Assembly (NCBI GenBank): GCA_963765675.1
Contig: CAVXXK010000001.1
Span: 1 to 64,000 of the forward strand
DNA length: 64,000 nucleotides
Direction: 5' to 3'
From: an uncultured delta proteobacterium
GTDB taxonomy: Bacteria; Desulfobacterota; Binatia; Binatales; Binataceae
Below, in pieces: positions 19,549-29,676 of this stretch. The notes beneath the pieces are model-generated. The model ran no database searches, was not told the origin of the DNA, and saw only the letters and a program-made list of their open reading frames with translations. Made by a program: the position numbers and the translations under genes. Positions within the stretch are counted from its first letter, which is position 1. Each line of letters begins with the position of its first letter.

Positions 19549-20709
19549 ATGAGCCTCAAAGGAAAAGCCGCAGCGATCGGTATCGGCGAACTCAAGCCGA
19601 TCAAAGAGCCCGGCCCGACCACCACCGCACTCGGCCTGATGGCCACGGTCGCCGCCGAGGCGATCGCGGACGCGGGCCTCGAGAAGAAAGATATCGACGG
19701 CTTCCTGGTCGGGATGCCGTTCTCCGACCCCGGCTTCATCTATCCCGCGAGCGCCGCCGAGGTGATGGGGCTGCACGTCAAGATGCTGAACGTCGTCGAT
19801 ATTGGAGGAGCGAGTCCTGCCGGGATGATCTGGCGCGCGGCCGCCGCGATCGACGCCGGGATGTGCAACGCCGTGCTATGCATCGTCGCCGACATGAATC
19901 GCGCCGGCGACCAGCGTCCGCCGACTATCTCGGTCCAGCGCGAATTCGAATCGCCCTACGGCAATATCGGCGCGAATTGCGGCTACGCGATGATCGCGAA
20001 TCGCCACATGTTCGAGTACGGCACCACGCCCGAGCAGATGGCGAAGGTCGCGGTTGATCAGCGGACCAACGCGCTCAAAAATCCGCTTGCGACCTTCAAC
20101 GACAAGCCGCTCACGATCAAGGAAGTCTTATCCTCGCGGATGATCGTCGATCCGCTCCATATCTTCGAGATCGTCAGCCCGGTGACCGGTGGCGCCGCCG
20201 TGATCGTCGCGTCGCCGGAAATCGCCAAACGCGCGAAGCATCCGCCCGTGTGGCTGCTCGGCGCCGGCGAGTACGCGAATCACGCGACGATTACATATGC
20301 GCCGTCGTTGACCGAATCTCCGATCAAGATCGCCGCCGACGCCGCATTCAAGATGTCGGGACTCGAGCGCAAGGACATGAACTTCGTCTGCCCTTACGAT
20401 TGCTACACGATCACCGTGATCGTCACGCTCGAGGACGCAGGCTTCTGCAAGAAAGGACATGGCGGCCGCTTCGTCGAGGAACACGATCTCACCTACAAGG
20501 GCGACTTCCCCTGCAACACGCACGGCGGCCAGTTGTCGTTCGGACAGCCGGGACTGGCGGGCGGGATGAGCCACGTGACCGAAGCGATTCGCCAACTGAT
20601 GGGCCGTGGCGGAGAGCGGCAAGTGAAAAACGCGCGGCTCGGCTACGTCAACGGCAACGGCGGAATCATGAGCGAGCAAGTCGGCCTGGTGCTGGAGCGC
20701 AGATCATGA
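19549..20709 (+). CDS. Thiolase family protein (SCP-x type)
   Basis: YDCYTITV..LEDAGFCKKG..NTHGGQLSFG..GGMSHVTEAIRQLMG. Confidence 0.9.
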   Translation: MSLKGKAAAIGIGELKPIKEPGPTTTALGLMATVAAEAIADAGLEKKDIDGFLVGMPFSDPGFIYPASAAEVMGLHVKMLNVVDIGGASPAGMIWRAAAAIDAGMCNAVLCIVADMNRAGDQRPPTISVQREFESPYGNIGANCGYAMIANRHMFEYGTTPEQMAKVAVDQRTNALKNPLATFNDKPLTIKEVLSSRMIVDPLHIFEIVSPVTGGAAVIVASPEIAKRAKHPPVWLLGAGEYANHATITYAPSLTESPIKIAADAAFKMSGLERKDMNFVCPYDCYTITVIVTLEDAGFCKKGHGGRFVEEHDLTYKGDFPCNTHGGQLSFGQPGLAGGMSHVTEAIRQLMGRGGERQVKNARLGYVNGNGGIMSEQVGLVLERRS

Positions 20710-21104
20710 GCGAATATCTCAAACCACTTCCGAAACCTTCTCCGACCAGCCGCCCGTTCTGGGACGCCGCGCGCCGCCACGAGCTCAAGCTGCAGCGATG
20801 CGCCGCGTGCGGCAAGTTCATCTACTATCCGCGCCCGCGATGCCCCTATTGCTTCGGCGACAAGCTCGAATGGCAGCAAGTCAGCGGACGCGGCAAGGTT
20901 TACAGCTACACGATCGTGCGCCGCGCGTCGCATCGCTCGTTCGCCGATCCCTACGTGCTCGCGATCGTCGAGCTCGAAGAGGGTCCGCGGATGACGACCA
21001 ATATCGTCGCTGCGCCGGAGAGCGTCCGCGTCGATCAGAAGGTGGTCGTTCACTTCGACGACGTGACACCCGAGAACACGCTGGTGAAATTCAAGCCCGC
21101 CTGA
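20706..21104 (+). CDS. Zn-ribbon/OB-fold protein (DUF35), thiolase partner
   Basis: LQRCAACG..YPRPRCPYC; GKVYSYT; VELEEGPRM. Confidence 0.9.
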   Translation: MSEYLKPLPKPSPTSRPFWDAARRHELKLQRCAACGKFIYYPRPRCPYCFGDKLEWQQVSGRGKVYSYTIVRRASHRSFADPYVLAIVELEEGPRMTTNIVAAPESVRVDQKVVVHFDDVTPENTLVKFKPA

Positions 21105-21423
21105 TTCTCCGCTCGAGGCCGTCCAGGAATTTTTTCAGCGCCGCATCGCGGGTTGCGGCGCGAGCCTGCGCGAGCGATCGAATCGCGCGGCGCGGATGAC
21201 CGGTCTTGTGCAAACTGCTCGCGAGCCACGCGAATGCTTGCGCGCGAGTTTCGCCGGAGAGTCCCAGCCGCAGAGCCTCTTCATAGTTCGGAATCGCTTC
21301 GGCTTCGCGTGCGTTGTTATCGTGAAAAAGAGCGAGCAGGTAATACGCCGATGCGCGCGCGCTCTGGGTGCGCGCCCGTTCAATCGCTAGTTGCAACTGC
21401 GCGAGATTTCGGCGATGTTTCAT
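21091..21423 (-). CDS. Tetratricopeptide repeat protein
   Basis: AYYLLALFHDNNAREAEAIPNYEEALRLGL..AFAWLASSL. Confidence 0.7.
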   Translation of the reverse strand: MKHRRNLAQLQLAIERARTQSARASAYYLLALFHDNNAREAEAIPNYEEALRLGLSGETRAQAFAWLASSLHKTGHPRRAIRSLAQARAATRDAALKKFLDGLERRIRRA

Positions 21424-21432
21424 CGCTCGCGC

Positions 21433-22110
21433 TCATGCCAACAGGACCGCAACGATCCCGGTAAGAAAAATTCCGTCAAAGGTGCCTGCGCCGCCGATCG
21501 ATGCGACCGGCGCACCCAACTCGCGCAGGCGGCGGAGGTTCAGAAGGTCCGCCCCGACGAGCGTGCCCATCACGCCGCTGACGTATGCGACCGCGTCCGC
21601 ATGATGCGTAGCTGTGCCGAGCAATCCTCCAACGATCGCGGCGACGATCGGCGGTATAAGCATCGGCGTCGCGATTCCCATCCCGGGAACCGGGCGCGCG
21701 AAGCGATGCACCACGAATGTAACGATCGCGGTGCCGAGAATCGCTGGTGTGAGAATCGCTGGGAAATGAATCAGCACGTACGCGCATATCGCCATCGGCA
21801 CAATCGCGCCGCCAACATTGATCGCAACCGTCGTTGTGCCGCTGGCGTAGCGTATCGGCACCCGGTAGCGAACGCCGAACTGCCGCACCATCGGCTCCGG
21901 ATGTGCAGGGCCGCCTTCGACCTGCGTGATCGGGATATTAAGATAGCTGCCGGCGAAGCTAACCAGCAATGCGATGAACGCCAGGTGCGGAGACAAACCG
22001 AGCGCGACGAAGACATAGTTGATGACGTGGATCTCGATCAGAATAAACAAAAACGCGAGGCCCAGGAGAAAGATAACTGCGTAGATGAATACAAAAGGGG
22101 CGAAGATCAC
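21433..22110 (-). CDS. DUF1614 family membrane protein
   Basis: GSYLNIP, AINVGGAIVP, GTLVGADLLNL, SIGGAGTFDGIFLTG. Confidence 0.88.
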   Translation of the reverse strand: MIFAPFVFIYAVIFLLGLAFLFILIEIHVINYVFVALGLSPHLAFIALLVSFAGSYLNIPITQVEGGPAHPEPMVRQFGVRYRVPIRYASGTTTVAINVGGAIVPMAICAYVLIHFPAILTPAILGTAIVTFVVHRFARPVPGMGIATPMLIPPIVAAIVGGLLGTATHHADAVAYVSGVMGTLVGADLLNLRRLRELGAPVASIGGAGTFDGIFLTGIVAVLLA

Positions 22111-22256
22111 CGCGCGACAATATCAAGCACGCGCGAAGCATCATATCGGGTGATCCGACAGGCATTCCTGTGGCGCAATTCGCAAGTTACCGGTAATTTT
22201 TGCTCGGACCTTGGGATCGTTGGGCCGGATTCGCGAGCAATCTCAATGGCGTCGTC

Positions 22257-22272
22257 TGGCACGGGTTTCGCT
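22257..22272 (+). promoter_or_regulatory. Sigma54-type promoter
   Basis: TGGCACGGGTTTCGCT (GG-N10-GC) about 40 bp upstream of the ATG at 22312. Confidence 0.55.
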
Positions 22273-22311
22273 CAGATAAACGACATACCTGTGATCAGGA
22301 GGCATATTTCT

Positions 22312-22713
22312 ATGAACAGAATTTATTCTCTATTGACAGGCGCCGTAATCGTCGGAGCGCTTGCTCTTCCTGCGTTCGCCCAGGAAGCGGCTCCGGCTGT
22401 AACTGGAGTCGTTCAGAAGGGTAACACGACGATCGTTTTCGAGCGCTCGAACGACGGGCTGAATATGGACGAGCTCAAAGCGTTCGGAAAGATCGCGAAC
22501 GACGACCCCGCACTCGCCAGCAAGATCGCGCGCAACCCGCAAATCGTCGCCAACGATTCGTTCGTCAGCAAGCATCCCGCGTTCCAGCAGTTCCTGAGCC
22601 AGTACCCCAACGCGCGTGAGGACATTCAGAACAACCCCGGAAATTTCGTGACCCCGGTCAATGGCTCTTCATTCCAGCATGCGCTGCCCGGAATGAAAGA
22701 TAGCTCGGACTGA
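22312..22713 (+). CDS. Secreted hypothetical protein
   Basis: AGGAGG RBS, signal peptide ending AFA, NP/HP helical repeats. Confidence 0.8.
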   Translation: MNRIYSLLTGAVIVGALALPAFAQEAAPAVTGVVQKGNTTIVFERSNDGLNMDELKAFGKIANDDPALASKIARNPQIVANDSFVSKHPAFQQFLSQYPNAREDIQNNPGNFVTPVNGSSFQHALPGMKDSSD

Positions 22714-22748
22714 TCAAGCTCACCGTCGGTACGATCGATAATCACGTT

Positions 22749-22785
22749 GAGGCAGCCTTCATGGCTGCCTCTTCGTTTCTTTTTT
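22749..22785 (+). terminator. Intrinsic terminator
   Basis: GAGGCAGCC-TTCAT-GGCTGCCTC followed by T-rich tract. Confidence 0.7.
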
Positions 22786-22888
22786 CGTAGGGCGCGTCGA
22801 GACGCGCCCGTCTTCGAACCGCCGGTATACCGACAATACTTCCCCGCTCTTGTACCGGCACGCGCATCGGATAAAATCGCGCGCAGCG

Positions 22889-23452
22889 ATGAACCAGCAA
22901 TATCGTAACGAGTTGCTCGAGATCCTCGTGCGCGAAGCCTACGTCGAGCGCGAGGTCACACTCTCGTCGGGCAAGAAATCGGACTACTACCTCGATTGCC
23001 GCCGCGCGATTTTTCTGCCGCGCGCCGCGTTTCTTGCGGGCGAGCTGATGCTCGAGCTCGTGGTCGCTGCGGGAGTCGAACAGGTCGGCGGGATGGCGGT
23101 CGGCGCAATTCCCGTGACCGACGCGATAGTCGCGGCGGCGTATCGCCACAACGTGAATCTGCGCGGATTTTTCGTGCGCAAGGAAACCAAGGCGCACGGG
23201 CTCCAGCAGCTAGTCGAAGGCGCGTTTCAACCAAACCTCAAAACCGCAGTGGTGGAAGATACCAACACCACCGGCGGCTCGACGCTCGAGGCAGTGGTCG
23301 CGATCCGCGGAGCCGGCGCGATGGTGAGCGCCGCGTTGAGCCTGGTCGAGCGCGGTGAAGGCGCGGCCGAGGCTTTCGCTCGCGCGGGACTCACCTACAA
23401 TTGGATTCTCACCGGCGCCGAGATTCGCGCCGCGGCGCGGGCACGCGGCTGA
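22889..23452 (+). CDS. pyrE: Orotate phosphoribosyltransferase
   Basis: LSSGKKSDYYLDCR, VRKETKAHG, VVEDTNTTGGS. Confidence 0.92.
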   Translation: MNQQYRNELLEILVREAYVEREVTLSSGKKSDYYLDCRRAIFLPRAAFLAGELMLELVVAAGVEQVGGMAVGAIPVTDAIVAAAYRHNVNLRGFFVRKETKAHGLQQLVEGAFQPNLKTAVVEDTNTTGGSTLEAVVAIRGAGAMVSAALSLVERGEGAAEAFARAGLTYNWILTGAEIRAAARARG

Positions 23453-23472
23453 CCGCGACCTTCTTGGATCGC

Positions 23473-24336
23473 GTGCGCGAAATCACCGGAACTACTTCTC
23501 TCACCGCGATTTTCGGCGATCCGGTCGAACATTCCATGTCGCCCGCGATGCACAACGCCGCGTACGCGGCACTCGGTCTTGATCGGCGTTACGTGGCGTT
23601 TCACGTAAAGCGGGAGCATCTGGCCGCGGCGATGCGCGCGATTCCGGCGCTCGGAATTCTCGGCGTGAACCTGACCGTCCCCCACAAGGAACGCGCAGCA
23701 CGGATGATTGGCGAGCTCAGCCCGGAGGCGCGTATCCTCGGCGCGGTGAATTGCATCGTGAACCGGCGCGGCAAACTCGTTGGCGACAACACCGACGCGC
23801 GCGGACTCGAGCGCGACTTGCGCTCGCGCAAGGTCGATCTCGCGGGGCGGCTGGTGATCGTGATCGGTGCGGGCGGCGCGGCGGCCTCCGCTGTGCTGTG
23901 CGCGCTCCGGATGCGCGCGGCGCGGATCGCGATCGCAAATCGCACCGTGTCGCGAGCTGCGAGCATCAAGCACCGGTTCGCGCCGATCCTGCGGCGGCGC
24001 GCGCAGATCGAGGTGCACGGCCTCGACGCGCTTGAGGACGCGGCGCTGCTCGCCGACGCCGCGTGCGTGATCAATGCGACTTCCATGGGCCTTACGACGC
24101 GCCGCTTCGCACCGCTAGACTACGCCGCGACCCCGTCCCAGTGTCTTTTCTACGATCTGATTTACGCCGCACAGGCCACTGCGTTCCTGAAACCCGCACT
24201 CGGCCGCGGACGTCCGACAGCCGACGGCGCCGGGATGCTCGTCGGACAGGGCGAACTCGCCTTTGAGCTTTTCAATGGCGTCGCGCCGCCGCGCGGCGTG
24301 ATGGGCGCCGCACTGCGCGACCACCTCGGCCGCTGA
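23473..24336 (+). CDS. aroE: Shikimate dehydrogenase
   Basis: GDPVEHSMSPAMHN, GVNLTVPHK, GAVNCI, GDNTD, GAGGAA, DGAGMLVGQG; start uncertain. Confidence 0.92.
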   Translation: MREITGTTSLTAIFGDPVEHSMSPAMHNAAYAALGLDRRYVAFHVKREHLAAAMRAIPALGILGVNLTVPHKERAARMIGELSPEARILGAVNCIVNRRGKLVGDNTDARGLERDLRSRKVDLAGRLVIVIGAGGAAASAVLCALRMRAARIAIANRTVSRAASIKHRFAPILRRRAQIEVHGLDALEDAALLADAACVINATSMGLTTRRFAPLDYAATPSQCLFYDLIYAAQATAFLKPALGRGRPTADGAGMLVGQGELAFELFNGVAPPRGVMGAALRDHLGR

Positions 24337-24381
24337 CATAACTCGGGCGCGGGAGTATCAATCTGTCCAGAGGTTCCCATC

Positions 24382-24792
24382 ATGGGCGGAACAATCGATC
24401 ATCTCATGATCAACGTGAATCGCTTCGACGACGCACGGCGCTTCTATTCGTGGCTGATGCCGGCGCTCGGCTATACCAACTCGATGACCTTTCCCGACGA
24501 CGGGCCCAAGCGCGGAATCGGATGGTGGGGCAACAGCGGCTCGGTGTGGGTGCAGGAGGCCGCGCCGGTGTATCGCGCCGACTCGTTCCATCGGCATCGT
24601 ATCGGCTTATGCGAAATTGCATTTCGCGCCGACGATCGCGAGCAGGTTGACGCGCTCGCGAAAGAGATCGAAAAGCACGGCGGCAAGATAACCGACGCTC
24701 CGCGCGAGTATGACTACGTGCCCGGATACTACGCGGTGTTCTTCACCGACCCGGACGGCCTGAAGCTCGAAGCGGTGCACATCCCGCGCTGA
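24382..24792 (+). CDS. VOC/glyoxalase family protein
   Basis: IDHLMINV..YYAVFFTDPDGLKLE. Confidence 0.88.
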   Translation: MGGTIDHLMINVNRFDDARRFYSWLMPALGYTNSMTFPDDGPKRGIGWWGNSGSVWVQEAAPVYRADSFHRHRIGLCEIAFRADDREQVDALAKEIEKHGGKITDAPREYDYVPGYYAVFFTDPDGLKLEAVHIPR

Positions 24793-24841
24793 TCGCGACC
24801 CACTCTAGATGCCTCCGAAGTGGCACCGCTCTTCGCAAGAT

Positions 24842-24914
24842 GGGCGGACGGGCCGTCCGCCCCCACTGGCATATTGTCACTTTCTGTCAGTGGGGGCCGA
24901 CGGCTCGTCGGCCC
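24842..24914. repeat. Inverted pair of REP-like palindromes (BIME-like)
   Basis: GGGCGGACGGGCCGTCCGCCCCCACTG ... CAGTGGGGGCCGACGGCTCGTCGGCCC. Confidence 0.65.
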
Positions 24915-24958
24915 GCTCGCCTGATCGATAGGATGGGAATGGAACGCAAATCCTTCGT

Positions 24959-25594
24959 TCAGAAGCCCATGCGGCGCTCGCCTTCGGGAGCGTGCGGCGA
25001 GCAGTGAAAATGCCACATCTTCCACACGGGGTTGCCCTCGTGATCTTCGCGCACGAAGACTTCGGTCGCGCGAAACGGAATCCTGGCGACTTGTCCTGCG
25101 GGCGGCAGGGCCGCCGATTGTGCGTCCGAGGTCGGAAGAACGTTCACGGTGAAGGTTGATTCGGCGGTCAGAAATGCCATGTCGCCGCGAATCACCAGGC
25201 GAACATCACGCGGCTCGCTCATCGCGGCCGACCCGCTAGCCGGCCCCATCACGTGCCCGAGATATTCCCAAAGCTGCACCCATTCGTTGATTGCGTAATA
25301 GGTGTGGCCATTGAGATTGAAGCCGTGGAACTTTTCGCCGCCGACAAACGCCTCACACATCATCGGGATGCTGAAGGTGCGATTCGCGTCCCACCACATC
25401 TTCGATACGGCGAGAATCTGATCCCGATCGCGCGCAAGATTCTGCGCCGAGGCTTTCGGTTTTGCCGATCGCTTTGACGCCGCGCGCGCAACGGTAGCCG
25501 GGCGCGTCATCTTCGGCCGCGCGACTGCCTTGGCGCGTTTCCCGGGCTTGGCGGACTTCGACGATTTCGCGGACTTTCCTGATTTTCGTTTCAT
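24959..25594 (-). CDS. NTF2/SnoaL-like protein with Lys/Ala-rich N-terminal extension
   Basis: FRATEVFVR..WKMWHFHCSP C-terminus; starts 3 bp after dnaJ stop. Confidence 0.75.
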   Translation of the reverse strand: MKRKSGKSAKSSKSAKPGKRAKAVARPKMTRPATVARAASKRSAKPKASAQNLARDRDQILAVSKMWWDANRTFSIPMMCEAFVGGEKFHGFNLNGHTYYAINEWVQLWEYLGHVMGPASGSAAMSEPRDVRLVIRGDMAFLTAESTFTVNVLPTSDAQSAALPPAGQVARIPFRATEVFVREDHEGNPVWKMWHFHCSPHAPEGERRMGF

Positions 25595-25597
25595 CGC

Positions 25598-26731
25598 TTA
25601 GCCAAACATCTCTTTGAGCTTATCGACAAAGCCCTTGGACAGCGGATGATTGACCGCCTTGCCGTCGAGCTTGGCGAATTCTTCGAGCAGCTCGCGCTGG
25701 CGCGGGGTCAGGCTGTGCGGAGTCTCGACTACGACGCGGATCAACTGGTCGCCGCGTCCGTAGCCGTGCAGATCGACGATGCCCTTGCCCTTCAGCCGCA
25801 GCACCTTGCCCGACTGCGTGCCGGCGATGATCTTCGCCTTGACCTTGCCCTCGAGCGTCGGCACTTCGATCTCGCATCCGAGCGACGCCTGCGGAAAACT
25901 GATCGGCACTTCGATCACGATGTCGTTGTCCTGGCGCACGAACAGGTCGTGCTCTTTGACGTGGATCACGACGTAGAGATCGCCTGCCGGACCGCTGCCG
26001 TAGCCGGCCTCGCCCTCACCGCGCAGCTTCAGGCGCGAGCCGTTGTCGACTCCGGCGGGAATTTTGACCGAGAGCGATTCGCTCTTGCGGATACGTCCCT
26101 GTCCCTGGCACTTCGGACACGGGTCGGAGATGATCATCCCTTCGCCGCGGCATTGGCCGCAGGTGGTCGAGATCGAAAAGAAGCCCTGCTGCGTGCGGAC
26201 CTGTCCCGTACCGCGGCAATTCGGGCACGGGCTGGCGGCGGTGGCGCCTGCGCGCGAGCGCGATCCATTGCATGAGTCGCATTTGGTCAGGCGCTGGAAT
26301 TTTACGGTCTTCTCGGTACCACGCGCGGCCTCTTCGAATTCGACTTCGAGATCGTAGCGGAGATCGTCGCCGCGACGGGTGCGCGAGCGAGCGCGGCCGC
26401 GTCCTGTCCCGAAGAAATCGCCAAAGATGTCGGAGAAGACTTCCTCGAAGCCTTGAGTGAAATCGAACCCGCCGAACGGACCCTGCCCCGACGCACCCTG
26501 GAACGCCGCGTGGCCGAAGCGATCGTACTGCGCGCGGCGCTCGGGGTCGGAAAGCACCTGGTATGCTTCGTTCAGTTCTTTGAAACGCTCTTCTGCTTCC
26601 CTGTTGCCGGGATTGCGATCCGGATGAAACTGGATTGCGAGCCGCCGATAAGCCTTCTTCAGCTCCTCGTCAGAGGCGCCGCGGCTTAAGGAAAGGACCT
26701 CGTAATAATCCCGTTTGGTGGCAGAGGGCAT
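25598..26731 (-). CDS. dnaJ: Chaperone DnaJ
   Basis: J-domain HPD, G/F-rich region, four CxxCxGxG-type repeats. Confidence 0.97.
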   Translation of the reverse strand: MPSATKRDYYEVLSLSRGASDEELKKAYRRLAIQFHPDRNPGNREAEERFKELNEAYQVLSDPERRAQYDRFGHAAFQGASGQGPFGGFDFTQGFEEVFSDIFGDFFGTGRGRARSRTRRGDDLRYDLEVEFEEAARGTEKTVKFQRLTKCDSCNGSRSRAGATAASPCPNCRGTGQVRTQQGFFSISTTCGQCRGEGMIISDPCPKCQGQGRIRKSESLSVKIPAGVDNGSRLKLRGEGEAGYGSGPAGDLYVVIHVKEHDLFVRQDNDIVIEVPISFPQASLGCEIEVPTLEGKVKAKIIAGTQSGKVLRLKGKGIVDLHGYGRGDQLIRVVVETPHSLTPRQRELLEEFAKLDGKAVNHPLSKGFVDKLKEMFG

Positions 26732-26767
26732 TGCCGAATGAGTCTAAACCATCGCGGCTTCCAAAGC

Positions 26768-26810
26768 CATTGTCCCCGTGAGGTGTTGGCGCACGCTCAC
26801 GGGGACAATG
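26768..26810 (-). terminator. Stem-loop between dnaK and dnaJ
   Basis: CATTGTCCCCGTGAG..CTCACGGGGACAATG 15-bp stem. Confidence 0.6.
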
Positions 26811-26827
26811 CTTTGCTTCAATTCCAT

Positions 26828-28786
26828 TTACTTCACTTCTTTGAAATCGGCGTCGACGACATCTTCCTTTGGCGCCGCTCCGTCGCCGCCTGCGGCGCCG
26901 TCACCGGATGCGCCAGCGCCGCCGTCGTGATGCGGTCCGCCTTGCGCTCCTGCGTCCGCGCCCGGCTGAGCGCCCTGCGCACGAGTCTTGGCGTACATTG
27001 CCTCGGCCAGCTTGTGCGAGGCGGTCGAGAGCGTCTCGGCAGCCTTGTTCAGCTCGTCCGCATCCTTGGATTCGAGCTTGGTCTTAGCCTCCGCGAGCGC
27101 GTCCTCGACGGACTTGCGCGCCGCGTCGTCGAGCTGCGAGCCATGCTCCTTGAGCGTCTTCTCGGTGGTATAGACCAGGTTGTCGAGCTTGTTGCGCGCC
27201 TCGGCCTGCAAGCGCCGGCTATGATCGTCGGCCGCGTGCGACTCGGCCTCGCGCACCATCTTCTTGATCTCCTCCTCGTTGAGTCCCGAGGACGCGGTGA
27301 TCTTGATCGACTGCTCCTTGTTGGTGCCAAGGTCCTTCGCATGGACGTTCACGATTCCGTTCGCGTCGATATCGAAAGTCACTTCGACTTGCGGCATCCC
27401 GCGGGGAGCGGGCGGAATTCCAATCAGGTCGAACTGGCCGAGCAGCTTGTTGTCCGACGCCATCTCGCGCTCGCCCTGGAACACGCGAATCGTAACCGCG
27501 GTCTGATTGTCCTGCGCGGTCGAGAACGTCTGGCTCTTGCGCGTCGGGATAGTTGTGTTCTTCTCGATAAGCTTGGTGAACACGCCGCCCAGCGTTTCGA
27601 TTCCGAGCGACAGCGGAGTCACGTCGAGCAACAGCACGTCTTTGACTTCGCCCTTGAGCACTCCGCCCTGGATCGCCGCGCCAATCGCGACGACTTCGTC
27701 CGGGTTGACGCCCTTGTGTCCTTCCTTGCCGAAAATCTTCTTGACCCGCTCCTGGACTGACGGCATCCGCGTCATCCCGCCGACCAGCACGATCTCGTTG
27801 ACTTCGCTGGCCTTCAGGCCCGCGTCGCGCAGCGCGGTGATGCACGGCGCGTCCAGGCGATCGAGCAACTCGGCGCATAGCGCTTCGAGCTTCGCGCGGG
27901 TGAGCTTGATATTCAGATGCTTCGGCCCCGACTGGTCCGCCGTGACGAACGGCAGATTGATGTCGGTTTCCATCACGGTCGAAAGTTCGCACTTGGCTTT
28001 CTCGGCCGCTTCCTTAAGGCGCTGCAACGCCATCCGATCTTTACGCAGATCGATTCCCTGATCCTTTTTGAACTCGTCGGCCAGGTAGTCGATGATGCGT
28101 TGATCGAAATCCTCGCCGCCCAGGAAGGTGTCGCCGTTGGTCGCTTTCACCTCGAACACGCCTTCGCCCAGCTCGAGAATCGAAACGTCGAAGGTGCCAC
28201 CGCCAAGATCGAACACTGCGATCTTTTCGTCCTTCTTCTTGTCGAGTCCGTATGCGAGCGACGCCGCAGTCGGCTCGTTGATAATGCGCAGCACGTTCAG
28301 ACCCGCGATTCGTCCGGCGTCTTTGGTCGCCTGGCGCTGTCCGTCATTGAAGTACGCGGGCACGGTGATGACGGCCTCGGTGACCTTCTCGCCAAGATAG
28401 TCTTCGGCGGTCTGCTTCATCTTCTGAAGGATGAACGCCGAGATCTCGGGCGGACTGTATTTCTTGCCGCGGATCTCGACCCATGCGGCGCCGTCGTCGT
28501 TCTTGACCACCGAGTAGGGAAGAACCTTCTTGGCTTTCTCGACTTCGGGGTCGTCGTAACGCCGGCCCATCAGGCGCTTGATCGCGAAAACCGTGTTGGT
28601 CGGATTCGTGATCGCCTGCCGCCGAGCGATTTGCCCGACCAGCCGTTCGCCTGAATCCGTGAATGCCACGACCGAAGGAGTCGTGCGGCTGCCCTCTGAG
28701 TTGGCGATCACGACTGGATCGCCGCCCTCCATGATTGCAACGCAACTATTGGTGGTCCCAAGGTCGATACCGATTACTTTTGCCAT
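26828..28786 (-). CDS. dnaK: Chaperone DnaK
   Basis: [26 protein letters not shown]-terminal DADFKEV. Confidence 0.99.
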   Translation of the reverse strand: MAKVIGIDLGTTNSCVAIMEGGDPVVIANSEGSRTTPSVVAFTDSGERLVGQIARRQAITNPTNTVFAIKRLMGRRYDDPEVEKAKKVLPYSVVKNDDGAAWVEIRGKKYSPPEISAFILQKMKQTAEDYLGEKVTEAVITVPAYFNDGQRQATKDAGRIAGLNVLRIINEPTAASLAYGLDKKKDEKIAVFDLGGGTFDVSILELGEGVFEVKATNGDTFLGGEDFDQRIIDYLADEFKKDQGIDLRKDRMALQRLKEAAEKAKCELSTVMETDINLPFVTADQSGPKHLNIKLTRAKLEALCAELLDRLDAPCITALRDAGLKASEVNEIVLVGGMTRMPSVQERVKKIFGKEGHKGVNPDEVVAIGAAIQGGVLKGEVKDVLLLDVTPLSLGIETLGGVFTKLIEKNTTIPTRKSQTFSTAQDNQTAVTIRVFQGEREMASDNKLLGQFDLIGIPPAPRGMPQVEVTFDIDANGIVNVHAKDLGTNKEQSIKITASSGLNEEEIKKMVREAESHAADDHSRRLQAEARNKLDNLVYTTEKTLKEHGSQLDDAARKSVEDALAEAKTKLESKDADELNKAAETLSTASHKLAEAMYAKTRAQGAQPGADAGAQGGPHHDGGAGASGDGAAGGDGAAPKEDVVDADFKEVK

Positions 28787-28840
28787 GATTTATACACGTC
28801 CCCGAAAAACTTGTTCGCTCAAATAAAACGTAACCACTGC

Positions 28841-29491
28841 CTAATTGTTTTCAACGTCTGATGCGTCAGTTTCGCCTTCGCTTTGCCCGCCAGGTCCCTT
28901 TGAGACCGAGACGCGCGCGGGCCTTATCACCCGATCGCCAATCTGGTAGCCGCGATGGAACTCCTGCACGATCTGATTCGGTGCGTGAACCTCGCTCACG
29001 ACATGATCGACCGCCTCGTGCCGACTCGGATCGAACGGCTGCCCGACCGATTCGAGCGAGGTCACGCCTTGCGCGCGCAGCAGGTCCATCATCGAGCGCA
29101 GAACCATCTCGACGCCGTCGATAATCGTCTTTGAGCCGGCGTCACCGGCGCGCGCTGCTTCCACTGCGCGTTCGAGATTGTCGATTATCGGCAGCAGATC
29201 GCGCAGGATTGCCTCGCGCTGGATCCGCACAGATTCCTCGCTCTGCTGACGAATCCGTTTGCGCGCATTTTCATTGTCTGCGAGTGCTCGCAGGTACTTG
29301 TCCTTGAGCTCGGCCAGCTCCTGCTCCTTGGCCTCGAGCGCAGCCTGAAGATCGGGCGCGCCGTCGCCCTGAGGAGCGGCGCCGTCGGCCGCATCTTCGT
29401 GCTGCGCGCGATGCTCGTGGTCATGTCCTTGATGATGCCCGGGATGCGCTCCCGCGTGGCTATCGCTGTCGTCTTTATGATGCTTGTTCAT
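28841..29491 (-). CDS. grpE: Nucleotide exchange factor GrpE (His-rich N-terminus)
   Basis: LRALADNENARKR, DNLERA, FDPSRHEAV, GYQIGDRVIRPARV. Confidence 0.95.
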   Translation of the reverse strand: MNKHHKDDSDSHAGAHPGHHQGHDHEHRAQHEDAADGAAPQGDGAPDLQAALEAKEQELAELKDKYLRALADNENARKRIRQQSEESVRIQREAILRDLLPIIDNLERAVEAARAGDAGSKTIIDGVEMVLRSMMDLLRAQGVTSLESVGQPFDPSRHEAVDHVVSEVHAPNQIVQEFHRGYQIGDRVIRPARVSVSKGPGGQSEGETDASDVENN

Positions 29492-29676
29492 TACGATGTT
29501 TGGCCCCCCAATACAGGGCTAACCACATAGAAGATAAGCACGATTTCCCCGCGCGCCAGTCGTCGCGAAGCTTAATTTGCCGCCGCGAATCTGTAGTATC
29601 TTGCGTGCGGCAACGGCTCAGGCCGAAAATACCTCCGCAGAAGCTCCGCCCCGGCGATCGATTTCGAGGATTCGCA

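Noticed and set aside
26738-28654. Long plus-strand ORFs opposite dnaK
   Set aside because: Well-known antisense open frames caused by codon bias in high-GC dnaK genes.
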